Source of the DNA: Pseudomonadota bacterium
GTDB taxonomy: Bacteria > Pseudomonadota > Gammaproteobacteria > Steroidobacterales > Steroidobacteraceae
Assembly (NCBI GenBank): GCA_025355105.1
Contig: JANYAE010000128.1
Location: 9,850-73,849 of the forward strand
Reading direction: 5' to 3'
DNA: 64,000 bases
The first letter of the stretch is position 1. Every line of letters starts with the position of its first letter. Position numbers and translations under genes: made by a program. The notes beneath the pieces are model-generated. The model saw only the letters and a list, made by a program, of their open reading frames with translations, was not told the DNA's origin and ran no database searches. This document shows positions 40,005-48,565 of the stretch, in pieces.

Positions 40005-41183
40005 TCAGGCGGCGACGGACGGGCTGCCGCCGGTGGGTGCGGACCGGTCGCGGCCCTGCGCCAGCGCGATCGCGGCGTCCAGGATCCGTGCCGAGGCCTC
40101 GCCGTTGCCGAAGGCCGCGAGCGCGGCGAGCGGCGCGGCGCGTTCGGCCACGGGGCCGGTGGCGCGCATCCGGGCCGCCGCCGCGAGCACGCTGTCGCGC
40201 GCCGTGCCGGCGACGACGTTGCCGCCGAATTCGACGGTCTCGACCCACTCGGTCTCGTCGCGCAGCGTCACGCACGGACAGCCGAGGAAGAACGCCTCCT
40301 TTTGCAGGCCGCCTGAATCGGTCAGGGCGAGCTGCGCATGGTCGAGGAGCCAGAGCATGTCGAGGTATCCGACCGGCTCGATGAAGCGCAGCCGCGGATG
40401 CGCGGTCCAGTCGGGTGCCGCGGCACGGATGTACTGCGGCGTCCGCGGGTGAACCGGGAACACCAGCGTTAGGCCGTCCTCGGCCAGCTGATTGAGCGCG
40501 CCCAGCAGCGAGCGCAGTCGCGACGGGTCGTCGGTATTCTCGGCGCGGTGCACCGTGACGACGCCGAACGGCGTTGCCTCGAGCGCCAGCCGCGGCCCGA
40601 CCGTGGCGCTGCGACCGGCGATGGCGCGGTAGTGCAGCGTCGCGTCGAGCATCACGTCGCCGCAGAGCGACGAGCGCGCCGCCAGACCCTCCGCCGTCAG
40701 GTGGCCGAGCGCCGCCGGCGTCGGCGCCAGCAGCACGTCGCAGACGTGGTCGGCGGCAACGCGATTGATCTCCTCCGGCATGGCGCGGTTGAAGCTGCGT
40801 AGCCCGGCTTCGACGTGCGCCACCGGGATGTGCAACTTGACGGCCGCCAGCGCGCCGGCGAGCGTCGAGTTGGTATCGCCGTAGACGATCACCGCGTTCG
40901 GGCGCGACTCGAGCAGCACGCGCTCGATGCCGTCCAGCATCAGGCCCGTCTGCCGTCCGTGCGGCCCGGAGCCGACGCCGAGGTTGAAGGTTGCTTCCGG
41001 TAGGCTCAGCTCGCCGAAGAACACATCCGACATCGCCGCATCGTAATGCTGGCCGGTGTGCAGCAGCACGTGCTCGACGTCCGCCTTGCCCGCGGCGCGG
41101 TGCCGCTCGATCGCACGCGCCAACGGTGCGATTTTCACGAACTGGGGCCGGGCCCCGACGATGCTCAGCAGCTTGACGGTCAC
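40005..41183 (-). CDS. Non-hydrolysing UDP-N-acetyl-sugar 2-epimerase (WecB/WbpI family)
   Basis: GTG 41183 overlaps the upstream TGA (GTGA). Motifs are VKLLSIVGARPQFVKIAPL, LHTGQHYD, and DSGGLQKEAFFLGCPCVTLRDETEW. Confidence 0.85.
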   Translation of the reverse strand: MTVKLLSIVGARPQFVKIAPLARAIERHRAAGKADVEHVLLHTGQHYDAAMSDVFFGELSLPEATFNLGVGSGPHGRQTGLMLDGIERVLLESRPNAVIVYGDTNSTLAGALAAVKLHIPVAHVEAGLRSFNRAMPEEINRVAADHVCDVLLAPTPAALGHLTAEGLAARSSLCGDVMLDATLHYRAIAGRSATVGPRLALEATPFGVVTVHRAENTDDPSRLRSLLGALNQLAEDGLTLVFPVHPRTPQYIRAAAPDWTAHPRLRFIEPVGYLDMLWLLDHAQLALTDSGGLQKEAFFLGCPCVTLRDETEWVETVEFGGNVVAGTARDSVLAAAARMRATGPVAERAAPLAALAAFGNGEASARILDAAIALAQGRDRSAPTGGSPSVAA

Positions 41184-42382
41184 TTGCGGTAGAAGCAAGC
41201 GATCGTGGCGATCACGTGCTCTTGCTGCGCGGCGGTCAGTTCCGGGTAGATCGGAATCGCCAGCGTCTCGTTCGCCGCCTTCTCGGACTCGGGGCAGTCG
41301 CCGGCCTTGTAGCCGAGGCTGGCGAAGCACTTCTGGATATGCAGCGGCACCGGGTAGTAGACCTCGGTGCCGACGTGGGCGTCGTGCAGATGCTTCTTCA
41401 GGCCCTCGCGGTCACGAACGCGGACCACGTACTGGTTGTAGATGTGGCGGTAGCCCGGGACGACGACCGGGGTGGCGACGTTGCCGGCGAATGCCGGGCG
41501 CGCGAACGCCCGGTCGTAGACGGCCGCATTGCGCTGCCGCGCCGCGGTCCATCCGTCCAGCAGCCGGAACTTCACGAGCAGCACCGCCGCCTGCAGCTCG
41601 TCGAGGCGGAAGTTGCCGCCCACCACCGAGTGGTAGTACTTCGGCTTGCCGCCGTGGGCGCGCAGGATCTTGAGGCGCTCGGCCAGCGCCGGGTCGTTCG
41701 CCGTGCACAGGCCGGCATCGCCGAACGCGCCGAGGTTCTTGCTCGGGAAGAACGAGAAGCAACCAATGTCGCCGATGCTGCCGGCGCGCACGCCACCGCG
41801 GTATTCGGAGCCGATCGCCTGTGCCGCGTCCTCGACGACCTTGAGGCCGTTGGCCTTGGCAATCGCCATCAGCGGATCCATGTCGGCAACCTGGCCGAAC
41901 AGGTGGACCGGCATCAGCACCTTGATGCGGCCACCGGTGCGGCGATTGTAGAGCTGGCCACTGCGTAGCTCACCGAGCTCAGCGATCAGCTGGGCGACCG
42001 ACTGCGGCGACAGGTTGAAAGTCGCCGGGTCGATGTCGCAGAACAGCGGCCGCGCGCCGACCCGGGCGACGGTGCCGCCGGTGGCGAAGAACGTGTAGGG
42101 CGTCGTGATCACCTCGTCGCCGGGGCCGACGTCGAGGGCCATCAGCGCGACCAGCAGCGCGTCGGTGCCGGACGACACGCCGATGCCGAAGCCGCACTGC
42201 GAGTACTTGGCGATCTCCTTCTCGAGGCGGTCGACGTTCGCGCCGAGGATGAACATCTGGCTGGCGCAGACCTCGCGAATGACCTCGAGGACCTCCTTCT
42301 CGATGGTCGCGTACTGGGCCTTGAGATCGAGCAGCGGTACGACGGGTGTGGCCTGTGCGCCGGCGGCGGTGTTCGCGTTCAT
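41180..42382 (-). CDS. DegT/DnrJ/EryC1/StrS-family PLP-dependent sugar aminotransferase (WbpE/GnnB-like)
   Basis: 400-aa ORF with LLDLKAQY, SSGTDALLVALMALDVGPGDEVITTPYTF, and the PLP-lysine motif SFFPSKNLGAFGDAG. Confidence 0.85.
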   Translation of the reverse strand: MNANTAAGAQATPVVPLLDLKAQYATIEKEVLEVIREVCASQMFILGANVDRLEKEIAKYSQCGFGIGVSSGTDALLVALMALDVGPGDEVITTPYTFFATGGTVARVGARPLFCDIDPATFNLSPQSVAQLIAELGELRSGQLYNRRTGGRIKVLMPVHLFGQVADMDPLMAIAKANGLKVVEDAAQAIGSEYRGGVRAGSIGDIGCFSFFPSKNLGAFGDAGLCTANDPALAERLKILRAHGGKPKYYHSVVGGNFRLDELQAAVLLVKFRLLDGWTAARQRNAAVYDRAFARPAFAGNVATPVVVPGYRHIYNQYVVRVRDREGLKKHLHDAHVGTEVYYPVPLHIQKCFASLGYKAGDCPESEKAANETLAIPIYPELTAAQQEHVIATIACFYRK

Positions 42383-42394
42383 GATGAGCTCTCC

Positions 42395-42988
42395 TTACTT
42401 GCCGATTTCGGTGACGGCCTCGCCGACCCGCTGATATTGACGATGACAGGCATCGCACGCGGCGCGCGCGCTGTCGCCGGCCGCGAACGCGAGCTTGGTG
42501 CCGCAGTTGCAGACCCAGCCGCGGATCCGCGCCGGGCTGCCGTAGACCATCGCGTAGTCCGGCACGTCCTTGGTGACCACCGAACCGGCGCCGACGAAGC
42601 AGTAGCGCCCGAGCGTCGAGCCGCAGACGACCGTGGCGTTGGCGCCGATGCTGGCGCCGGTCTTGACCAGCGTCTGCAGGTACTGGTCGCGCCGCGATAC
42701 GTGCGAGCGCGGATTGATGACGTTGGTGAACACCATCGAGGGGCCGCAGAACACGTCGTCTTCGAGGATCACGCCAGTGTAAACCGAGACGTTGTTCTGG
42801 ATCTTGACGTTGTTGCCGACGCGGCAGCCCGGCGAAATCACGACGTTCTGGCCGATGTTGCAGCGTTCGCCGATCACGGTGTCCTTCATGATGTGCGAGA
42901 AGTGCCAGATGCTGGTGCCCTTGCCGATCTGGCACGGCTGGTCGACGTAACTGGACTCGTGGACGAAGTACGGCTGTTCGGTGCTCAT
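42395..42988 (-). CDS. Left-handed beta-helix (hexapeptide) N-acetyltransferase, WbpD/WlbB-like
   Basis: 197-aa ORF. The block [36 protein letters not shown] closely matches my recollection of P. aeruginosa WbpD ([34 protein letters not shown]). Confidence 0.8.
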   Translation of the reverse strand: [197 protein letters not shown]

Positions 42989-42989
42989 G

Positions 42990-44363
42990 TCAGGCTCGCT
43001 GGGGATGAGGAATGGGGCTCGGGCTCGCGACGCTCGCGGTGGCGGCGCGCGGCGCGGCGGCCAGCCGCTCGGCGTAGGCGGCCAGGAAGCCGTCGACGGC
43101 GCGGATGACCTCGTTGTTGTTCAGCGTCATGTGCGTGAACTGCGACGTGTTGACGACGAAGAAATCGGGGTGCGCGGACTCGATGCTCGGCACGAGGCTT
43201 GAATACTCGAGCACCTGCAGCGGCTGCACCTTGATGGCGCGGTTGATGACCGCGGACTCGATGCCGCGCTCGTCGAGGTCCGGGATCATGAGCCGCAGGC
43301 CCTCGAGGAACTCGTGGCGCAGCTCGTCGTCAGGGCGGCGCAGCACGGGACTGTTGGAGTCGACGTACTTCGGCAGGAAGGTCATGTGCAGGCCGGCAGT
43401 CTGCGTCGGGCTGACCAGGTTGCTCATGCCGATGATCCCGGTGAACGGGATGCGGGGGTCGGCGATGTTGACGATGTAGTAGGGGGTGAGCGGCTGACGC
43501 GTCACCAGCACCATGCAGATCACGCCGAGATACTCGACCTCGCGCCCGCGCGCGTCGTCGCGCACCAGGCCCGGCTCGGCCACCTGACGGAGCACGTTGG
43601 CGGGACTCGTGAACAGGACCTTGTCGAAGCGCTCGGCGCTCGTGCCGCACTCGATCGTCATGCCGGCGCCGTCCGCGGCGGCGGCGACCCGCGACACGGT
43701 GACGCCGGTGCGAATCTCGCCGCCGGCCTGGCCGATGACGCTCTGCAGCCGGCCGAACAGCGTCTTGTAGCCGCCGGCGACGTGCCCGAGCTGCTCCTTC
43801 TGGGCCGAGCCCTCGCGCGCCGAGAACATGCGCTTGATGTACGACCAGATGAATACCGCCGAGACCCGCTGGTAGTTGTCGCCGAGCTTGGCCAGCAGCA
43901 GCGGCTTCCAGATCTTTTCGTAGGTGGCCTTGCCGCCGAGCCGCTCGAGCCAGGCGCCGACGGGAATGCGCTCCAGCCGCCGCCAGTCGTCGATGCGCGC
44001 GCAGTACAGGATCGTCAGCGCGAGGCGCAGCTTGCCGATCAGGCTCACCGGCGGGAACCGCAGGAACTCGACCGCGCTGCTCATCGAGTGGAACTGGCGA
44101 TCGACGTAGAAGCCGGTCAGCGTGCGCGCCCAGCACAGCCGCTCGCCGAGGCCGATGTCGCGGATGAAGCCGATCAGCTGCGCGTCGCTCGGCAGGATCA
44201 CGTGGTAGAACTTGTCCCACTCGAAGGCGCCGTAGTCATGCCACGTCGTCAGGCCGCCGACCTGGCGATCCCGCTCGTAGACGGTCACCCGATGGCCCTG
44301 CGCGCTCAGCCGCTGCGCGAGCGCAAGGCCCATCAGGCCGCCGCCGATGACGCCGATCTTCAC
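42990..44363 (-). CDS. FAD/NAD(P)-binding oxidoreductase (amine-oxidase / HemY / phytoene-desaturase-like fold)
   Basis: 457-aa ORF. The N-terminal dinucleotide fold is MKIGVIGGGLMGLALAQRLSAQGHRVTVYERDRQVGG (GxGxxG ... E ... GG). Confidence 0.7.
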   Translation of the reverse strand: MKIGVIGGGLMGLALAQRLSAQGHRVTVYERDRQVGGLTTWHDYGAFEWDKFYHVILPSDAQLIGFIRDIGLGERLCWARTLTGFYVDRQFHSMSSAVEFLRFPPVSLIGKLRLALTILYCARIDDWRRLERIPVGAWLERLGGKATYEKIWKPLLLAKLGDNYQRVSAVFIWSYIKRMFSAREGSAQKEQLGHVAGGYKTLFGRLQSVIGQAGGEIRTGVTVSRVAAAADGAGMTIECGTSAERFDKVLFTSPANVLRQVAEPGLVRDDARGREVEYLGVICMVLVTRQPLTPYYIVNIADPRIPFTGIIGMSNLVSPTQTAGLHMTFLPKYVDSNSPVLRRPDDELRHEFLEGLRLMIPDLDERGIESAVINRAIKVQPLQVLEYSSLVPSIESAHPDFFVVNTSQFTHMTLNNNEVIRAVDGFLAAYAERLAAAPRAATASVASPSPIPHPQRA

Positions 44364-44400
44364 CGAGCGCCGGCCGCCGCCGCAGGCCGATCGGCGACGA

Positions 44401-45399
44401 TCACTTGCCGCCCTTCGCGGTGAAGGCTTTTTGCCACTCGATCGTGCGCGTCAGGCCGTCTTCGAGGCTCACCTTGGCCTTCACGCCGAGCAAGCGCTCG
44501 CACAGGCTCACGTCCGGAACCCGGCGGCGCACGTCCTCGTAACGCTTGCCGGTGAACGATTCGTAGGGCACCAGCTCGATCTTGGCTTCGCCGGGTTGGC
44601 CGCTGAGGCGATGAATGAGCTGCGCCAACTGCAGGATCGTGACCTCGCGATTGCTGCCGAGGTTGATGATTTCGCCATTCGCGGCGGGATTGACAGCCGA
44701 CTGGTAGATGCCCTCGACGGTGTCGGTCACGAAGGTGAAGCTGCGGGTCTGCTGACCGTCACCGTGGATCGGGATCGTGCGGCCGTTGAGCACGGAGTCG
44801 ATGAACACCGACTGCGGTCCGCCCCACCAGGTGAGGTGCTGGCGCGGGCCGTACGAGCCGAAGAAGCGCAGTACCGTGACCGGGATCTCGAAGCTCTCCT
44901 GGTAGGCGAAGGCGAGGTGCTCGTCGAACAGCTTGGATACGGCGTACGACCAGCGCGCGACCTTCGACGAACCGATGACCGACTCGCTCTCTTCGCTGAA
45001 CGGCACGGCCGGATTGCGTCCGTAGATGTCGCTGGTCGAGGCGATGACGCACTTGCACTTCGAGCGCACCGCGAACTGCAGGATTTCGTCCGTGCCGAGG
45101 TAGTTGATCCGCAGCGTGTCGATCGCCTTGCCGTAGCGCGGGATCTTGAAGGCCGCCAGGTGCACGACGCAGTCGAAGTCGCTGTCGAGCGCGTCGAAGG
45201 TGTCCTTGCGGGTGATGTCGGCCTGCACGAGTCGAAAGCGCGGGTTCGCCGAGTGGTGCTCGACGTTGGAGAGGCGGCCCATCGACACGTTGTCGACGCC
45301 GACCACCGTGTGACCGGCCTCGAGCAGCCGATCGAGGAGATGGGAGCCCAGGAATCCTGCGACGCCTGTTACAAGGAACTTCTGCGGACGGCTGGTCAT
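44401..45399 (-). CDS. Extended-SDR NAD-dependent sugar-nucleotide epimerase/dehydratase (UDP-glucuronate decarboxylase / ArnA-C-like)
   Basis: GAGG lies 5 nt before ATG 45399 (MTSRPQKFLVTGVAGFLGSHL = GxxGxxG). Other motifs are ASTSDIYG and the catalytic YAVSK (YxxxK). The ORF is open to TTG 45423. Confidence 0.8.
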   Translation of the reverse strand: MTSRPQKFLVTGVAGFLGSHLLDRLLEAGHTVVGVDNVSMGRLSNVEHHSANPRFRLVQADITRKDTFDALDSDFDCVVHLAAFKIPRYGKAIDTLRINYLGTDEILQFAVRSKCKCVIASTSDIYGRNPAVPFSEESESVIGSSKVARWSYAVSKLFDEHLAFAYQESFEIPVTVLRFFGSYGPRQHLTWWGGPQSVFIDSVLNGRTIPIHGDGQQTRSFTFVTDTVEGIYQSAVNPAANGEIINLGSNREVTILQLAQLIHRLSGQPGEAKIELVPYESFTGKRYEDVRRRVPDVSLCERLLGVKAKVSLEDGLTRTIEWQKAFTAKGGK

Positions 45400-45463
45400 T
45401 CGTGCCTCTGAGGTCTCGTGCAATCTGGGTAGTGAAACGGTAGATGCGCTGCGGCGTGCGCCG

Positions 45464-46606
45464 TCAGTCGCGACGGTCGCGTCGCGCCGACGCGTCGTCG
45501 TGGCGCGCTTCGTTGTGCGCCCGGTAGATCGTGCTCGCGAGGTGGAACAGTTCCTCGAAGTAGCTCTTGCTCTGCAGCGACAGGACGCCGAGGCTGATCA
45601 GCTGGATGGCGATCATCAGCGAGGCGATGCCGACGATGAAGGTGTGCGGCGAGGCGGCGAACGCGGCGCCGACCGCCGCCGAGGAACGTGCGAAGAAGTC
45701 CGGGTACTGGCCGAGCTGGTGGTACTGGTCCATGAAGTGCGCGATCACCCAGCCATTTGAGTAGATCGCGAAGGCGAGCATCAGCAGGCCCGGGAGCAGA
45801 AAGAAGATCACCGGCCGGAACAGGAAGCCCGACAGGATGGTGCGCAGCGTGTGGCTCCAGAGGCGCATGCTCGAGCGACGCGCCGGTGCCTCCTTCAGCA
45901 GGCTCCAGTCAAGATGCGCCGGAATTTCCTCGACCCGGGCGCCGAGCAGCATCGCCTTGTAGATGATCTCGGGCATGACGTCCATGCCGCGGGCGCGCAG
46001 ATTCAGGGAGCGCAGGAATCGCGCGTCGTAGGCGCGCACCATGCTCGTCAGCGTCGACAGGCTGCTCCTCGACGTCTTCGCCAGGAAGCGGTTCGCCCAA
46101 ACGCTGAGCGTGCGCCGCAGCCACGGGACGTTGGAGATCTCGCCGCCCTTCATGTAGGGCGAGGCCACCACGATCTTGGCGCGGGTCGCGCGGATGCGCT
46201 CCAGCAGCCGGGCGATGTGCTCGACGTCGTAGCTCAAATCGGCGTCGAGCGTGATGATGTACTCGCCGCGGCACTGGCGGAATGCGAAGCGAAAGGCCTG
46301 GCCGAGCCCGAAATTAGTGATGTGATGAAAGACGCGGACCTCAGGCGTCGCGCGCGCGAACTCTTCGGCGATCGCGCTTGTGTCGTCGACGCTGCCGTCG
46401 TTGACCAGGACGATCTCCCAGCGATAGTCGGCCTCGAGGCCGCGCATGTAGCTGCACAGCCGGCGCAGCGAATTGCCGATCAGCGCCGCCTCGTTGTATG
46501 CGGGCACGACCAGCGAGACCAGCGGCCGGGCCTCGGCTGCCGTGCCGGGTGCTGGCACGCCGCCGCCGTCGCGCTGTTCGGATCCGCTCATCACGTTCAT
46601 CGGCAT
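45464..46606 (-). CDS. Family-2 glycosyltransferase of the polyprenyl-phosphate sugar synthase type (GtrB/ArnC/DPM1-like) with two C-terminal TM helices
   Basis: Motifs are VSLVVPAYNEAALIGNSL, IVLVNDGSVDDT and ITLDADLSY. The C-terminal TMs are FLFRPVIFFLLPGLLMLAFAIY and FIVGIASLMIAIQLISLGVLSL. Confidence 0.8.
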   Translation of the reverse strand: MPMNVMSGSEQRDGGGVPAPGTAAEARPLVSLVVPAYNEAALIGNSLRRLCSYMRGLEADYRWEIVLVNDGSVDDTSAIAEEFARATPEVRVFHHITNFGLGQAFRFAFRQCRGEYIITLDADLSYDVEHIARLLERIRATRAKIVVASPYMKGGEISNVPWLRRTLSVWANRFLAKTSRSSLSTLTSMVRAYDARFLRSLNLRARGMDVMPEIIYKAMLLGARVEEIPAHLDWSLLKEAPARRSSMRLWSHTLRTILSGFLFRPVIFFLLPGLLMLAFAIYSNGWVIAHFMDQYHQLGQYPDFFARSSAAVGAAFAASPHTFIVGIASLMIAIQLISLGVLSLQSKSYFEELFHLASTIYRAHNEARHDDASARRDRRD

Positions 46607-46918
46607 GCTGATTCCCGTCTCTGATTAACCCACCATTCTAATACGGCTGACGCGCGCGCCGGTCCGAATCCGGCGACCCGGTGCGCTCGGTAGGCAGGCG
46701 GTGCGAGTGCACGTCGGTCGCGTGTGGGGACGCCGCACGAGGCCGTCCCGGGCGACCGTGGGCAACGGGCGCCGTGTTTCGTCTGTAAGCGGGTCCTTCG
46801 CATCTCATCTCGCCGGCCGGTCGGAACGCGCTTGCCCCCGGCGGACACCGATCCTCCGTGAAACCGGCGTCATCCCTGTCGCTGCAGGTGGACGATTCCA
46901 CCTGTAGATCCATGTTTC

Positions 46919-46947
46919 CAAATAGTTTATGACGCGTGCGATGACAA
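46919..46947 (-). promoter_or_regulatory. Weak sigma-70-like promoter candidate for the minus-strand operon (would imply a ~310-nt leader)
   Basis: On the minus strand the sequence reads TTGTCA (46947-46942), a 17-nt spacer, then TATTTG (46924-46919). It lies in the only AT-rich island of the 999-bp gap. The -10 element is poor. Confidence 0.2.
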
Positions 46948-47605
46948 GAACGTGATGGGCTGCCGCTTTTGGCCGCCGTGCTGCCGATCGTCCGGTTTGG
47001 CGAGACGGGCGTGCCGGGGCGGCACCGCAACCGGCACCGGTTTGGCGCCGGCTGAAGCGGCCTCCTGGCAGGTGTCTGCGAACAGGCGCCCGGTTCCACA
47101 CGAGGACGTTGACGCGATCACCGGCGGATGCCGTCGGCGCCCGCCGGCGCGGCAAGGTGCCGGCCGCGCGGGTTGCGCTGCGGCGGTCCACGCGGCGCTC
47201 GCGGGCGCGGCAGCAGCCGCTCGGCCCTGGCGCCAGGTCGTGCTCAGGCCGGCCCACATTCATGGCTGTCTCTCCCAGCGCCGGCAGTGTCGCCGCGCAG
47301 ACGTCAAGCGGTCCGGGCCGACCGCCCACAATTGACATAATGCACGTCACGGCTCCCAGAGTGGAGCCCGGGCGGCAGGGCCGGAGCGTGGTCGGACGCG
47401 CCCGTGGGCCGACGCGATCTGCCACGGCAGCCGCTGGCCCGGCCGCGGTACGCACCGCAGCGGCGCGCAGTGCGCCCCGATAGACTGAGCGCATGCCGCC
47501 GCGTCACCCGCCGCTTCAGGTCACGTCCCGGGCGAGGGTTCCCCGGATCGCGCCGGCGCCGAGCGCGGGGCGCGCCGCGCAGCCCCGGCGCTGAGGCTGG
47601 CGAGC

Positions 47606-48565
47606 ATGTCCAGTGCCTGGTCAAGGATCCTGGGTCCGCTTGCCGGCCTGCTCGCGGGCGGCGCCTTTCTCGCGCTGGCCTTCCGCTCAACGCCACCCGC
47701 CGCGGTCTGGGAACTGCTGCGCCACGGCCGCTGGGGCCTGCCGGCGCTGCTGGTCGTCGCGGGGACCGGCCTCTTCGTGCTTGCCAAGGTGGCGCGCTGG
47801 CGTTATCTGCTCGGCGCCGGCCTGCGTCGACGGACGTTGGCGCCGCCGGTGCTGAGCGGCCTCGCGCTGAACGCCCTGATCCCGCACTCCGGCGAATTCG
47901 TGCGCGCGGTGGCCGTTGCGCGCAGCACCGGCCAGCCGGCCTCCGCCGTGCTGTCCTCGATCGTCGCCGAGCGGGTCTTCGACCTATTCGGCGTGCTGAT
48001 CCTCGGCTCGCTCGCGGCGGCGTTCACGCCGGCGAACGCCGACCTCGCCATGGCGCTGCGTCTGATCGGCGCCATCGCCGCGCTGCTCGCGCTTTGCGTT
48101 GTCGCCTTCGTTTCATGGCCGCAGTCGATCGAGCGACTGGTCAGCCGATGCACGCGACCGTTGCCGCCGGCCGTGCAGCAGTGGGTGGCACGGCATGCGG
48201 CGGCGGCGTTGCTCGGTCTCGCGCCCGTAAAATCGGTCGCCACCTCGGTGCGCGTGCTGGCGTGGTCGGTGGTCCAATGGCTCGCGGTGGCGTTGGCCGT
48301 CTACGGCTGCGCCGCGGTCATCGGTTTCGACGCCGGTCTCGCCGCAACCTGCCTGGTGGTCGTCGGCATCGTGGTGGCCTTCCTGCTGCCGAACGCGCCG
48401 GGCTATGCCGGCTCGGTACAGGTTGCCTTCCTGGTCACGCTGGTGCCGCTCGGCGTGGCGCGCGAGGCGGCGCTCGCGGCCTCGATCGTCTACCAGTTGC
48501 TGATGGTGCTGCCGCTGATCGTCGTCGGCCTCGCGTGCCTCGGCCCGACGCTCGCCAAGCGCTGA
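47606..48565 (+). CDS. UPF0104 / LPG-synthase-TM ('flippase-like') family integral membrane protein
   Basis: 319-aa ORF with about 8 TM helices. The N-terminus LGPLAGLLAGGAFLALAFRS and the motif PNAPGYAGSVQVAF are typical of this family. Confidence 0.65.
   Translation: MSSAWSRILGPLAGLLAGGAFLALAFRSTPPAAVWELLRHGRWGLPALLVVAGTGLFVLAKVARWRYLLGAGLRRRTLAPPVLSGLALNALIPHSGEFVRAVAVARSTGQPASAVLSSIVAERVFDLFGVLILGSLAAAFTPANADLAMALRLIGAIAALLALCVVAFVSWPQSIERLVSRCTRPLPPAVQQWVARHAAAALLGLAPVKSVATSVRVLAWSVVQWLAVALAVYGCAAVIGFDAGLAATCLVVVGIVVAFLLPNAPGYAGSVQVAFLVTLVPLGVAREAALAASIVYQLLMVLPLIVVGLACLGPTLAKR

Noticed and set aside
46658-46674. tRNA T-arm-like element GCCGG-TCCGAAT-CCGGC in the 999-bp gap
   Set aside because: The loop is TCCGAAT rather than TTCRANY. 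No complementary 7-bp acceptor 5' strand, D-arm or anticodon stem can be drawn in the ~70 nt upstream, on either strand. It is probably just a GC hairpin.
46877-46894. Near match (7/8) to the enterobacterial GlrR half-site arrangement TGTC-N10-GACA (TGTCgctgcaggtgGACg)
   Set aside because: It is a single imperfect copy; GlrR targets I know of have several. No -24/-12 element is nearby, and the match overlaps the hairpin, which explains the symmetry. Not enough to call.
46607-47605. c-di-GMP (GEMM-type) or other known riboswitch in the long leader/gap
   Set aside because: By eye I could not find the conserved GEMM-I core elements or any other riboswitch signature I know. This remains an open question for a covariance-model scan rather than a supported call.
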